Part shown: in pieces, positions 17,834-25,883 of the stretch
How the letters are laid out: each line of letters begins with the position of its first letter
How positions within the stretch are numbered: position 1 is the first letter of the stretch
Origin: Nitrosotalea sp.
GTDB lineage: Archaea > Thermoproteota > Nitrososphaeria > Nitrososphaerales > Nitrosopumilaceae
NCBI GenBank assembly: GCA_050749285.1
Contig: JBOGQX010000040.1
Span: 1 to 27,605 of the forward strand
Direction: 5' to 3'
DNA length: 27,605 bases
Notes under the pieces: model-generated
Database searches by the model: none
Seen by the model: the letters and a program-made list of their open reading frames with translations, nothing else
Told to the model about the DNA's origin: nothing
Translations under genes and position numbers: made by a program

Positions 17834-18517
17834 TTGGTAACAGAATCTCCAAAAGAGCTGGTCAAGCAATTTTTTGGTAATAACGCACAATCATACAAAA
17901 AAGTAGTAAACCTGACAACTTTTGGAAGAGACACCCATTGGAAAAAAGAGATAATAAAAAGAATTCCAAGATGCAGTTGTATACTTGATCTTGCCTGTGG
18001 TACTGGAATATTGACATTCCAAATTGCAGAGAAATTTCCAGATGCAAAGATAACCGGTGTTGACCTCACGGAAGGATATCTCAAGATTGCCAAAGACAAG
18101 CTAAAACCTTGCCATAAAATCTCCTTTTTGCTTTATGATGCAGAGAAAATAACCCTTGATGATACCTTTGATTGCATTACATCATCTTACATTCCAAAGT
18201 ACTGTAATCCGCAAATTCTAATAGAAAGATGCCTTTGCCACCTCAATGCAGGGGGTAAAATAATCTTGCACGATTTTGTCAATCCAAAAAACAAGGTCAT
18301 CAGATCTATGTGGAATCTTTACTTTGTTATGCTAGATATTGTTGGGTTTTTTGTGCCAAACTGGAAAGATACATTCAAAAATCTTCCACAGCTCATAAGG
18401 TCGATAAATTGGGTTGACATGTACAAAGATGCCATGGAAAGAGGGGGGTTGAATGTAGAGATAAAATACCTTACCTTGGGTACTTCAGTCATCCTTACAG
18501 GCACGAAGAAAGTCTAA
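17834..18517 (+). CDS. Class I SAM-dependent methyltransferase, UbiE/MenG-like
   Basis: SAM motif I ILDLACGTGILT, acidic post-I residue in ITGVDL, and an N-terminus (FFGNNAQSYKKVVNLTTFGRDTHWKKEI) resembling the UbiE/COQ5 family. TTG start. Confidence 0.7.
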   Translation: MVTESPKELVKQFFGNNAQSYKKVVNLTTFGRDTHWKKEIIKRIPRCSCILDLACGTGILTFQIAEKFPDAKITGVDLTEGYLKIAKDKLKPCHKISFLLYDAEKITLDDTFDCITSSYIPKYCNPQILIERCLCHLNAGGKIILHDFVNPKNKVIRSMWNLYFVMLDIVGFFVPNWKDTFKNLPQLIRSINWVDMYKDAMERGGLNVEIKYLTLGTSVILTGTKKV

Positions 18518-18922
18518 TCTTATCTCCTCTGATACTTGGAACCAGATTGAACCGTTGCAAAAAATCTCGTATTCTCTAGTAACGGTCTTTCTCTCAGGGT
18601 CCAAGTCAATTGCTTTAGGTCTTCTTTGCGCTAGTACGTTATTGTTCCGAAGTATCTTTCCTATGCTTTCTTTTTTTTGTAAGAGTGCAGTCATCACTGG
18701 CTTTGGAATATTTTTAGAGTCAAATGTTACCATGGCGCGAAGTATTGGGAACTTGTCATATCCAATTACAACTTTTCTTACATATCTTGTACCGGAAATT
18801 GAATTTTGTTCGACGACTTTGAGATAAACTGGCTTTTTGATAATATCTGAAATTGTTTGTTCAACATAACCTACTGGAGCCTCAAGCAGTGTCTTTCCTA
18901 TCTGCTCTATCTCAGCTTCCAT
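18485..18922 (-). CDS. DUF98 / chorismate-lyase-like (UbiC-fold) protein
   Basis: 145 aa. The pattern PVYLKVVEQ...RKVVIGYDKFPILRAMVTF...IGKILRNN...TREYEIFCNGSIWFQVSEEI matches my memory of the archaeal DUF98 family (R-x-Y-x-I...I-x-E near the C-terminus). Not verified by search. Confidence 0.45.
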   Translation of the reverse strand: MEAEIEQIGKTLLEAPVGYVEQTISDIIKKPVYLKVVEQNSISGTRYVRKVVIGYDKFPILRAMVTFDSKNIPKPVMTALLQKKESIGKILRNNNVLAQRRPKAIDLDPERKTVTREYEIFCNGSIWFQVSEEIRLDFLRACKDD

Positions 18923-18946
18923 GGCATCATAACGGGTTTGTTTCAG

Positions 18947-19633
18947 TTAAGCATATCTTAAGACAAGATATGAGATTGTTGAAACAATAACGCCGAAGCT
19001 CACCAACTTTAAAATAATTTCTTCTCTGTGTGCATCCCGTATACCTGGAGGCTCATGCATGAGTCTCTTGTATTTTCTTGATGTTGTTATAAGAATAAAG
19101 CCTAGTGTTGCCGCTATGCCTGATAGTATCAAAGCCTCAAATGAGATTGTATTTGTCTGAATTGCACAACCTGCAAAGACAGGCAATACACCCCATGATA
19201 TTACAAAGACTGCATTGTTATGAAACTTGCCTTTGAATAATTCTAGATTATATGCAAAAAGAAAGAAGGTCTCTGCAATTCCTATGGGAAATAAGAGTGA
19301 CGAATCCAAAAAGGCATAGTACAGGCCGATGACACAGGCAACTGACAAGGATGATAAAGAAACTACCAAGATCTTTTTTTTCGATAAAATTCCCCACGGT
19401 TTTCTTTTGCTTCCAAATGCATCAAGGCAGTGAGCCGATACCCCCAGGGCAAGAAAATACAGGAGACATATTGCAACAAGTCTTTCTACAGAGAAGCTAG
19501 TGGCAAACGAACCCCAGGCTGCAAAGGAAACAACCATTCCTGTATATGGCAAAAAGAGAATCCCGCAGCATAGTCTGAAATTTCTCGGTCCAAACTTTGG
19601 AACAAACCACTCTGAATATCGATCCCTTTGCAA
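18947..19633 (-). CDS. Polytopic integral membrane protein (about 6-7 TM helices), unknown family
   Basis: Repeated hydrophobic stretches throughout and a TTG start. There is no canonical UbiA Asp-rich motif, only AHCLDAFGS. Confidence 0.5.
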   Translation of the reverse strand: MQRDRYSEWFVPKFGPRNFRLCCGILFLPYTGMVVSFAAWGSFATSFSVERLVAICLLYFLALGVSAHCLDAFGSKRKPWGILSKKKILVVSLSSLSVACVIGLYYAFLDSSLLFPIGIAETFFLFAYNLELFKGKFHNNAVFVISWGVLPVFAGCAIQTNTISFEALILSGIAATLGFILITTSRKYKRLMHEPPGIRDAHREEIILKLVSFGVIVSTISYLVLRYA

Positions 19634-19776
19634 TACTGTATAATATCTATTGTTCCTTATATCATAGATTTGTTCCTAGAAGTTTTCCCCTCAGAATTTG
19701 AATAAGACAGAACGGTTAGCTAGACCTACTTCGCCATACTACTATGAATCCGTGCAGAATTGATAATTAAAGCGAA

Positions 19777-20742
19777 GTGATACTATATCCCATAGTGCAG
19801 TATTTCGACGACAATTTTTTCAAGGATTGTAAGCAACACAAGTGCAACATGGGTCCCCTGATAACTGACAACATTTCTGGAGAGGTAGCATGCGGAAGTT
19901 GCGGATTAGTATTGATTGAAAGGGGAGAGGATAGAGGGCAAGAAAATCCAACATATGACATGGAGGCGTTTCTATCCAAGAGTAGGACCGGCGCAGGAAC
20001 CTCACTTGCAATTCATGATAGGGGGCTCTTTACGTCCATTGATTCTCAGAACAAGGACGCATCTGGAAATACCTTATCAGGTAACATGAAATATACGATT
20101 GAACGACTACGAAAGTGGGATAATCGGAGTAAATCGACCTCAGTGAATAGAACTTTTATTTCAGTATTCATTGTTTTTGATTCTGTTCGAATCAAACTTT
20201 CAATACCAGAACCAGTAATTGAAGAGGCTGCATACATATACAGAAAAGCTGTATCTCTAAAACTAACCAAGGGCAGAAATTCGAAAGCATTGGCATGTGC
20301 ATCACTTTATGTTGCGTGCCGTGAGCATGACACTCCCAGGACATTAAGAGATATAGCAAAGGCTGGAAACATAAGAAGAAAGGAACTTTCCCGTTCATAT
20401 AGAATTTTGGTAGAAGATTTAGATTTGAAATTACGCCCTTTTGATTCCTCAGAATTTATTTCACGAATTTCAAACGAGGTCGGAATAAGCGAGAAAGCAA
20501 GAAGAGGTGCACTAGATCTCTTATCAAGGTTAACAGAATTAGAAATCTCTGCAGGTAAAAACCCAATGGCTCTTGCAGGTTCAGCACTATACTTGTCATG
20601 TGTATTAAATGACGAGAAAAAATCCCAAGGCGATATAGCTAAAGCTGCCGATGTTACAGCTATGACTATAAGGAATAGGATCCAACATTTACGAAAAGAA
20701 TTTAGAATAGATACTGAAGACTTGAAGGACAGAATTCAATAG
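19777..20742 (+). CDS. tfb: Transcription initiation factor IIB (TFB)
   Basis: N-terminal zinc ribbon CKQHKC...x15...CGSCG; the first knuckle is non-canonical (C-x4-C). B-linker followed by two cyclin-fold repeats (ALACASLYVACREHDTPRTLRDIA; ALAGSALYLSCVLNDEKKSQGDIA). GTG start. Confidence 0.9.
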   Translation: MILYPIVQYFDDNFFKDCKQHKCNMGPLITDNISGEVACGSCGLVLIERGEDRGQENPTYDMEAFLSKSRTGAGTSLAIHDRGLFTSIDSQNKDASGNTLSGNMKYTIERLRKWDNRSKSTSVNRTFISVFIVFDSVRIKLSIPEPVIEEAAYIYRKAVSLKLTKGRNSKALACASLYVACREHDTPRTLRDIAKAGNIRRKELSRSYRILVEDLDLKLRPFDSSEFISRISNEVGISEKARRGALDLLSRLTELEISAGKNPMALAGSALYLSCVLNDEKKSQGDIAKAADVTAMTIRNRIQHLRKEFRIDTEDLKDRIQ

Positions 20743-20786
20743 AAAAGGAAGTCTTCAGAGGATTTAATGAAATCAACTATAATCTC

Positions 20787-20834
20787 GATTTTGGTTCGAA
20801 TCCTGTAAGACTTGGACTCTTACAGGTCTGAACC
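20787..20834. repeat. Intergenic palindromic repeat, copy A (complete hairpin)
   Basis: gattttGGTTCgaatCCTGTAAGActtggacTCTTACAGGtctGAACC has a 9-bp perfect inner stem (20802-20810 / 20818-20826), a 7-nt loop and a 5-bp outer stem. The reverse complement of 20814-20834 is identical to 25884-25904 (21 nt). Confidence 0.75.
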
Positions 20835-20987
20835 CCTGAGTCAACCCCAAACGAGTTCATAGACAAAGAGTAAAAATGATTAACCCCCAATTTGAAGCGG
20901 AAAATATGTGCTTGTCGTAAAGCTTTAGGTCTAGTAAAAAGATCAAAGAAAATGGTTTTCACTATTCAAAAATAAAATGAATCGTTA

Positions 20988-21845
20988 CTAGCTGCTTCTT
21001 TTCCAAGTGTCAGTAAAGGTGCCGGGATTCGATATAGTACCTGGTGAAGCTAGTACTTTGAATGAGCTGTCAACCATTGTGATTGGTTTGTCTGACGCAA
21101 TCAAGTCAAAGGTACTTGATGTTGTACTTGTCGCAGAGGCACCAGCAAATTGTATGGTTCCAAAATCAGCAAGGTTTGTTAACTTGCATGTGGCAGAACA
21201 CAAAGCAGGCCTCTCCATTATCGCCTCTGCACTTGTTTGATCTGGGTTGAAGTTGCTTACGGTTGTGGTGAAAGTCTGTCCTGTTGATACATTAGTAATG
21301 GTAGTAGACCAGACTCCACTTGCTTGTTGAACGGAAGCAGAAATGACATTACCAGGACTCACGTTAAAGTTAGATATCTTTACTTCAGGAGCTGGATAAG
21401 CTTCATACCAAGCATAGTAGGTTGGTGTACATTTAGAACCGCCACCACCTGAGCTTCCGCCACCCCCTTTGCCATTATTTGTCGGTTTGGCATCAAGTCC
21501 ATGGTATTTCAGCTCACCGGCTGCTGTTGTTCCTGTGGTGCAATCTTGATCGGTTCCAGTTTGGATGAGGTTGGCAGTCCCATAAACTCCTCCTATTCCC
21601 ACCCATGCAGAAGAGTAACCACTAGAGCTTGTTGAGACAGAAGGTACGGTCCATGTTGCAATTGCAGAAGTATATCCAGCTGAATTGGTTACATAATATC
21701 CTGACCAGTTAAGTGAATTATCGTTGAGAAGCCTCTGCAGAGGTTTGTCAAAGTGTGCAGCACCAGTCTGAGCAGAAGCAGTAAAGGGTACGATCATTAC
21801 AAGTAAAAGCGACAGACCCACCACTGCAGCAAGGATTTTTTTCAC
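20988..21845 (-). CDS. Secreted glutamic peptidase (family G1 / eqolisin, Peptidase_A4-like) homologue
   Basis: Signal peptide MKKILAAVVGLSLLLVMIVPFTASA. The family-typical N-terminal block NWSGYYV...AIATWTVPSV...SSAWVGIGG...LIQTG includes the candidate catalytic Gln, and the later SAEAIMERP block includes the candidate catalytic Glu. There is a Gly/Ser-rich insert GKGGGGSSGGGGSK. Assignment is by motif memory. Confidence 0.6.
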   Translation of the reverse strand: MKKILAAVVGLSLLLVMIVPFTASAQTGAAHFDKPLQRLLNDNSLNWSGYYVTNSAGYTSAIATWTVPSVSTSSSGYSSAWVGIGGVYGTANLIQTGTDQDCTTGTTAAGELKYHGLDAKPTNNGKGGGGSSGGGGSKCTPTYYAWYEAYPAPEVKISNFNVSPGNVISASVQQASGVWSTTITNVSTGQTFTTTVSNFNPDQTSAEAIMERPALCSATCKLTNLADFGTIQFAGASATSTTSSTFDLIASDKPITMVDSSFKVLASPGTISNPGTFTDTWKRSS

Positions 21846-21945
21846 AAGCCTTCATCCACCTACAAATTATTTAAGATTTCGTCGTTAATTTCTAGTAGTT
21901 TATGGTAAATAGCATAACGATATGATACTGATGGATCTTGTACTT

Positions 21946-22035
21946 GATTTTGGTTCAAATACTGTAAGACACGCTAAAAGGATGCTATTTGATGCATTAT
22001 TTGCGTATCATAAGAATCGAATCTTACAAGATTCG
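21946..22035. repeat. Intergenic palindromic repeat, copy B (left arm intact, right arm degenerate and displaced)
   Basis: 21946-21970 gattttggttcaaatactgtaagac matches 20787-20811 at 23/25 positions. About 47 nt further on is the palindrome CGAATCTTacAAGATTCG (22018-22035), which resembles the right arm. Confidence 0.6.
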
Positions 22036-22108
22036 CTACCGTAATGTACCATTCCATGGTTTTGAAGCCTATCCATAATTTAAAAGGGTGTATTCAAATA
22101 CACATTGC

Positions 22109-22825
22109 ATGGCTAATGAATTAACCATCCGAGAACTCGCATCAATCAATATCGAAGGTGGATACCTTATAGATGGATTTCCCTACGCAGGTCTTGCAAA
22201 TGCCATTGCCACTGAATCTATGATAACCACCACTTCACAGTTTGAATTAGTCGGTGTTCTTGATTCTGATCTCTTTCCGCCTATCAGCGTAGTTAGAGAG
22301 GAAATTCCAAGTTTCCCAGCAAGAATATTTGTAAATAAAGATCTCAAAGTTGCAGTGTTTTCATCGTATCTAACTCCTCATGAATCCATCCACAGGGAAG
22401 TTGCCAGAACTATGTTAAAGTGGGCAAATGACCACAAATGTTCTCTTGTTGTAAGTAGTTCTGCCATAAAGAGTGACGAAGAAGGGCCTTTCATTATAGG
22501 AGTGGGTAGTACAGAAGAAGCTAAAAAACGATTGGTGAAAGCAGGCATACCATTACTTAAAAATGGAACCATCCCCGGCATTCCTGGAATTTTGTTAAAT
22601 GAGGGATACATTTCGAAAACAAATGTTATTGTACTTTTGATAAAGAGTCAAGAGACAGGACCTGATTTTAAAGCAGGTGCAGAAATTTGTATGGCAATGT
22701 CAAAGCTAGTTCCAGGAACAGCTTGTGATTTGACAACGTTGTTAAGCGAGGCTCAAAACATTGAACAGCATTTAAAGCAGACTGAAGAAGAAGCCGGACC
22801 TCTACGAGATGCAATCTACGGATGA
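22109..22825 (+). CDS. PAC2-family proteasome assembly chaperone (PbaA/PbaB-like) with C-terminal HbYX motif
   Basis: N-terminal PAC2 block GGYLIDGFPYAGLANAIATESMI. The extreme C-terminus ...RDAIYG ends in hydrophobic-Tyr-X. I prefer the ATG at 22109 (MANELTIREL) to the ORF-track GTG at 22088. Confidence 0.7.
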   Translation: MANELTIRELASINIEGGYLIDGFPYAGLANAIATESMITTTSQFELVGVLDSDLFPPISVVREEIPSFPARIFVNKDLKVAVFSSYLTPHESIHREVARTMLKWANDHKCSLVVSSSAIKSDEEGPFIIGVGSTEEAKKRLVKAGIPLLKNGTIPGIPGILLNEGYISKTNVIVLLIKSQETGPDFKAGAEICMAMSKLVPGTACDLTTLLSEAQNIEQHLKQTEEEAGPLRDAIYG

Positions 22826-23070
22826 GTTATCAGGAACGCGAGATTACAAAGGACAGACTTGAAAAATATCTTCGAATTCTCGACTCAGACGAAGGAGTAA
22901 GGATAGACAACAAAACTGAACATATTTTCATCAATAAGACATCCCATAGATACATCGTGAATATATCAAAAAATGGTCTTGACCAATTTTTCTACCAGAA
23001 CAATCTAGATGAAGTCATGCGTTTTTTAGCTGAAAAGGTAGACCATTCATCAAAGATTTTCTCATACTAG
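22822..23070 (+). CDS. Hypothetical 82-aa protein, translationally coupled to the PAC2 gene
   Basis: ATGA start/stop overlap with the upstream gene. No motif recognised. Confidence 0.45.
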   Translation: MSYQEREITKDRLEKYLRILDSDEGVRIDNKTEHIFINKTSHRYIVNISKNGLDQFFYQNNLDEVMRFLAEKVDHSSKIFSY

Positions 23071-23087
23071 TAACACTATAAAATACG

Positions 23088-23705
23088 ATGACAACTCTAC
23101 CAGAATTTGCCATAACTGTTATCATAATCTCAGTTTCTGGAGTCATGTCACCAGGTCCCCTTTTTGCAGCAAATGTTGCATATGGTGTAAAAGGAGGTTG
23201 GAAAACCGGTGTTAAAATGGCTTATGGCCACACTGTTGTAGAACTACCACTTGTAATCCTTCTAGGCATAGGTGCAATTTCGCTAGCTACGTTTCCACAG
23301 TTTAAAGAATACATATCAATACTTGGCGCAATTAGCCTATTTGCGTTTGCGGGATTTCAGTTAAAAGGAGTATTGAAAAAATCTTCGCAAAGTTATTCTT
23401 CAAAACACGGACCGTTTTTTATTGGCATACTTCTAAGTGCACTCAATCCATTCTTTCTGATTTGGTGGTTCACAATTGGTTTTAAGCTGATAACAGATGC
23501 GTTGATTTTGTATTCGTTTATAGGAATAGCAATCATGTTTGCATTTCACATATGGATGGATTATGCATGGCTTGGCGGAGTTGGCTTTTTGTCCAGTAGG
23601 GGGAAAAAAATAATATCAACTAAAAATTATAGAGTTTTCATGATGGCAATCAGCGGCGTTCTGGTATATTTTGGAATAACTTTTCTAATACAAGCATTAC
23701 ATTAA
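23088..23705 (+). CDS. LysE/RhtB-family amino-acid exporter
   Basis: 205 aa and about 6 TM helices. N-terminal family motif ISVSGVMSPGPLFAANVAYG; later LSALNPFFLIWWFTIG. Confidence 0.8.
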   Translation: MTTLPEFAITVIIISVSGVMSPGPLFAANVAYGVKGGWKTGVKMAYGHTVVELPLVILLGIGAISLATFPQFKEYISILGAISLFAFAGFQLKGVLKKSSQSYSSKHGPFFIGILLSALNPFFLIWWFTIGFKLITDALILYSFIGIAIMFAFHIWMDYAWLGGVGFLSSRGKKIISTKNYRVFMMAISGVLVYFGITFLIQALH

Positions 23706-23760
23706 CCACAGTCAAACTCTTCAATGTTCCATTGTATTGACCATCAAATCAAGAGATTTG

Positions 23761-24048
23761 CTAACCATCTTGGGTACGAGAAACATCTACTTCTATTGTT
23801 GAGACATTTCGCTCTTTTCCGTCCTTTGATTCCATTCGTTCTGAGAAAATCCTAACACCACTTATCTTGTATCCCATTGCATGCATTCTTTTCACTATCA
23901 TTTGAGATACATCCACTGCAGTCGTTATACTTTTGCCCCTTGCTTTTATTGTAACTGTAGGTTCGTTTGCAAGCAAGGTAAGAGTGGCATTCATGTAAGT
24001 AAGAATCGGTTTCTTGCCTATGAAGACTATATTTGGGGGTCTTGACAC
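23761..24048 (-). CDS. albA: Alba (Sac10b) DNA/RNA-binding chromatin protein
   Basis: 95 aa with a GTG start: NIVFIGKKPILTYMNATLTLL...VTIKARGKSITTAVDVSQMIVKR...NVSTIEVDV matches the Alba fold signature. Confidence 0.9.
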   Translation of the reverse strand: MSRPPNIVFIGKKPILTYMNATLTLLANEPTVTIKARGKSITTAVDVSQMIVKRMHAMGYKISGVRIFSERMESKDGKERNVSTIEVDVSRTQDG

Positions 24049-24112
24049 TGACCAAACTCTTTTTGTGTTTTATTTAATGGTTAAGACAGCAGAAACGTGC
24101 TTTAATACGACA

Positions 24113-24487
24113 ATGGGTACTGACAATCTGTTGGGCAACAACTACAGAAGCATGGTTTTATTTAATGAATCCATAAAATCGAAGGCCACCCATGGAACGT
24201 ATATGTTTGGATTGGAAAGGTTCAGGGCGTTTTACAAGCTTAAAAGTTTTGACGGCATACTGACAATAGAACCTAAAAAGTTGCAGATAATGGTTGAAGA
24301 TTATGTTTTTGATCTAAAAAAGAGGGTCTCTCCAAATTCTATTCCCTATCTGCGAGGTCTGGAGCATTTCTTTACCATGAACGATGTGATGCTAAATTGG
24401 AAAAAGATTTACAAATTATATCCAGATAGGGTCAAACCCGGAGGCTCGAACGCCTATACAACGAAAGATATCTTGCTCATGAGGTAA
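24113..24487 (+). pseudogene. Tyrosine recombinase (integrase) N-terminal core-binding fragment; catalytic domain absent
   Basis: FNESIKSKATHGTYMFGLERFRAFYKLKSFDGILTIEPKKLQIMVEDYVFDLKKRVSPNSIPYLRGLEHFF is a SAM-like N-terminal integrase domain. The ORF stops at AYTTKDILLMR*, where the catalytic domain (R..K..HxxR..Y) would begin. No catalytic-domain ORF exists anywhere in the window. Possible starts are 24113, 24077 or 24014; the last overlaps the Alba start. Confidence 0.6.
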
Positions 24488-24571
24488 TGTACCTATTCAA
24501 TTAATAAAACATTGAGGAACATTGTTAGTTAACGTATCCTTTATAGATACGATTATATCATAAATAGATAC

Positions 24572-25168
24572 ATGTTAGAGAGGCTGTTCACATCAAAAAC
24601 CAGAGTTAAATTACTCGAGGAATTTCTCCTAAAACCTAACAGGGAGTTTCACATACGCGAACTTGCAAGAATAGTAAACAACATTCCAATCCATGTTCAG
24701 GAAGAATTGAAAAATCTGCAACTTGCCGGCCTTCTTGAATCCCGAAAACAGGGAAACATGGTATTGTACAAACTGCGAAAAGAATCGCCCATAGCTGAAG
24801 ACCTCAAGAGAATGTTTCTAAAAACAGAAAGCATTGGCAGGGAGATTCTGACAAAACTTCCTGATAAGGACAAGATAAGATATGCTCTGATTTATGGTTC
24901 TTTTGCAAAAGGTACGGAATCATCTTCAAGTGACATGGATATGTTGATAATTGGAAGTATAAATGAGGATTCAATTCTCAAATCGATGCAAAAAATTGAA
25001 AGAAGAATTGGGCGCGCAATAAATTATATTCTCTGGACTGAAAAAGAGTTTGCACAAAAGTCTCGTGAAAATATTACTCTAATAAGAGAGATCTTAAAGA
25101 CTCCTGTGATAATGATATTAGGAGACGAGGATGAATTTAAGCGAGCTATTAAGCAAGGGTCTGGTTGA
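24572..25168 (+). CDS. wHTH-fused minimal nucleotidyltransferase (MNT), antitoxin-type partner of HEPN
   Basis: N-terminal ArsR-like wHTH (FHIRELARIVNNIPIHVQEELKNLQLAGLLESRKQGNMVLY). NTase motif IYGSFAKGTESSSSDMDMLIIG (G-S-x10-D-x-D). Confidence 0.8.
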   Translation: MLERLFTSKTRVKLLEEFLLKPNREFHIRELARIVNNIPIHVQEELKNLQLAGLLESRKQGNMVLYKLRKESPIAEDLKRMFLKTESIGREILTKLPDKDKIRYALIYGSFAKGTESSSSDMDMLIIGSINEDSILKSMQKIERRIGRAINYILWTEKEFAQKSRENITLIREILKTPVIMILGDEDEFKRAIKQGSG

Positions 25169-25561
25169 ACCATTTCAATCAAACCCAGAAGATGTAAAAA
25201 ATGAAATCGATATTGCAAAAAATGACCTTTCATCTGCAAAGAAGATGATGGCAATTAACGAGTGGGCTGGGCTCACAATGCGGCCTATAATGCAATGTTG
25301 CAAGCAGGAAGAGCATTGATGTTTTCAAAAGGTTACAGGCCAAGAAGTGCAGAGCATCATCTTGCAGTAGTGTCATTTGTTCAGGCAGTTTATCCAACAA
25401 AGTTTGCACCAGAAGTACTTCAGGCATTTTCAAAAGCAAGATTGAGAAGAAATGAATCCCTGTATAACAGGGCCGGTTCAATATCTCCGACTCAGGCAAA
25501 GAACCTCGTTGAGAAGGCGGAGATATTAGTCAATAAAGCAATAGAGATTCTTAAGATTTGA
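25131..25561 (+). pseudogene. HEPN-domain toxin gene disrupted by a 5-bp tandem duplication
   Basis: Two overlapping ORFs (25131..25319 and 25262..25561). Removing one copy of TGGGC (25263-25267 / 25268-25272) restores a single 141-aa frame, ...AINEWAHNAAYNAMLQAGRALMFSKGYRPRSAEHHL...RLRRNESLY.... That frame carries the R-x4-H-type motif (RSAEHH) and the RN..Y block of HEPN proteins paired with MNT. Confidence 0.75.
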
Positions 25562-25883
25562 GATTAGACAGATTTTAATCACATAAGACATTGGTTACCT
25601 CAATAATTCAACCAATTAGTGATAACAACCTTCTCGAATTATACGTATAAGACTGGAAAGGGGTTATCACTCAAAATGGGAACACAAATTAAAAGTGCTA
25701 AAAGGATTGATTTAGCATACATGCCTATATCAAAAATCAATGTTTATTCTCTTTTCACATGCAATCATGTTATTAAATGACAGGTGAATAAATTAATAAA
25801 TAAAATAAAGTCTTCTGCCATACTTTCCGCTATGATGTGAATTGAGAACTTTCTGTGCGTGAAAGACGATTAATTCGGACGAA

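Noticed and set aside
20787-20813. tRNA fragment or att site suggested by GGTTCGAATCC (T-loop-like) and a complementary AAGTCTT/AAGACTT pair 65 nt apart
   Set aside because: The bases flanking the putative T-loop do not form a 5-bp T-stem. The intervening sequence is AT-rich with no D or anticodon arms, and the span is too short for a tRNA. No cloverleaf can be drawn on either strand, and the same holds for copy B.
20777-20962. 61-aa minus-strand ORF downstream of the peptidase gene
   Set aside because: It reads straight through palindromic repeat copy A and has no motif. The hairpin repeat explains this sequence better than coding does.
25024-25499. Minus-strand ORFs 25024..25254 and 25230..25499
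   Set aside because: They are antisense to the MNT and HEPN genes and have no motifs.
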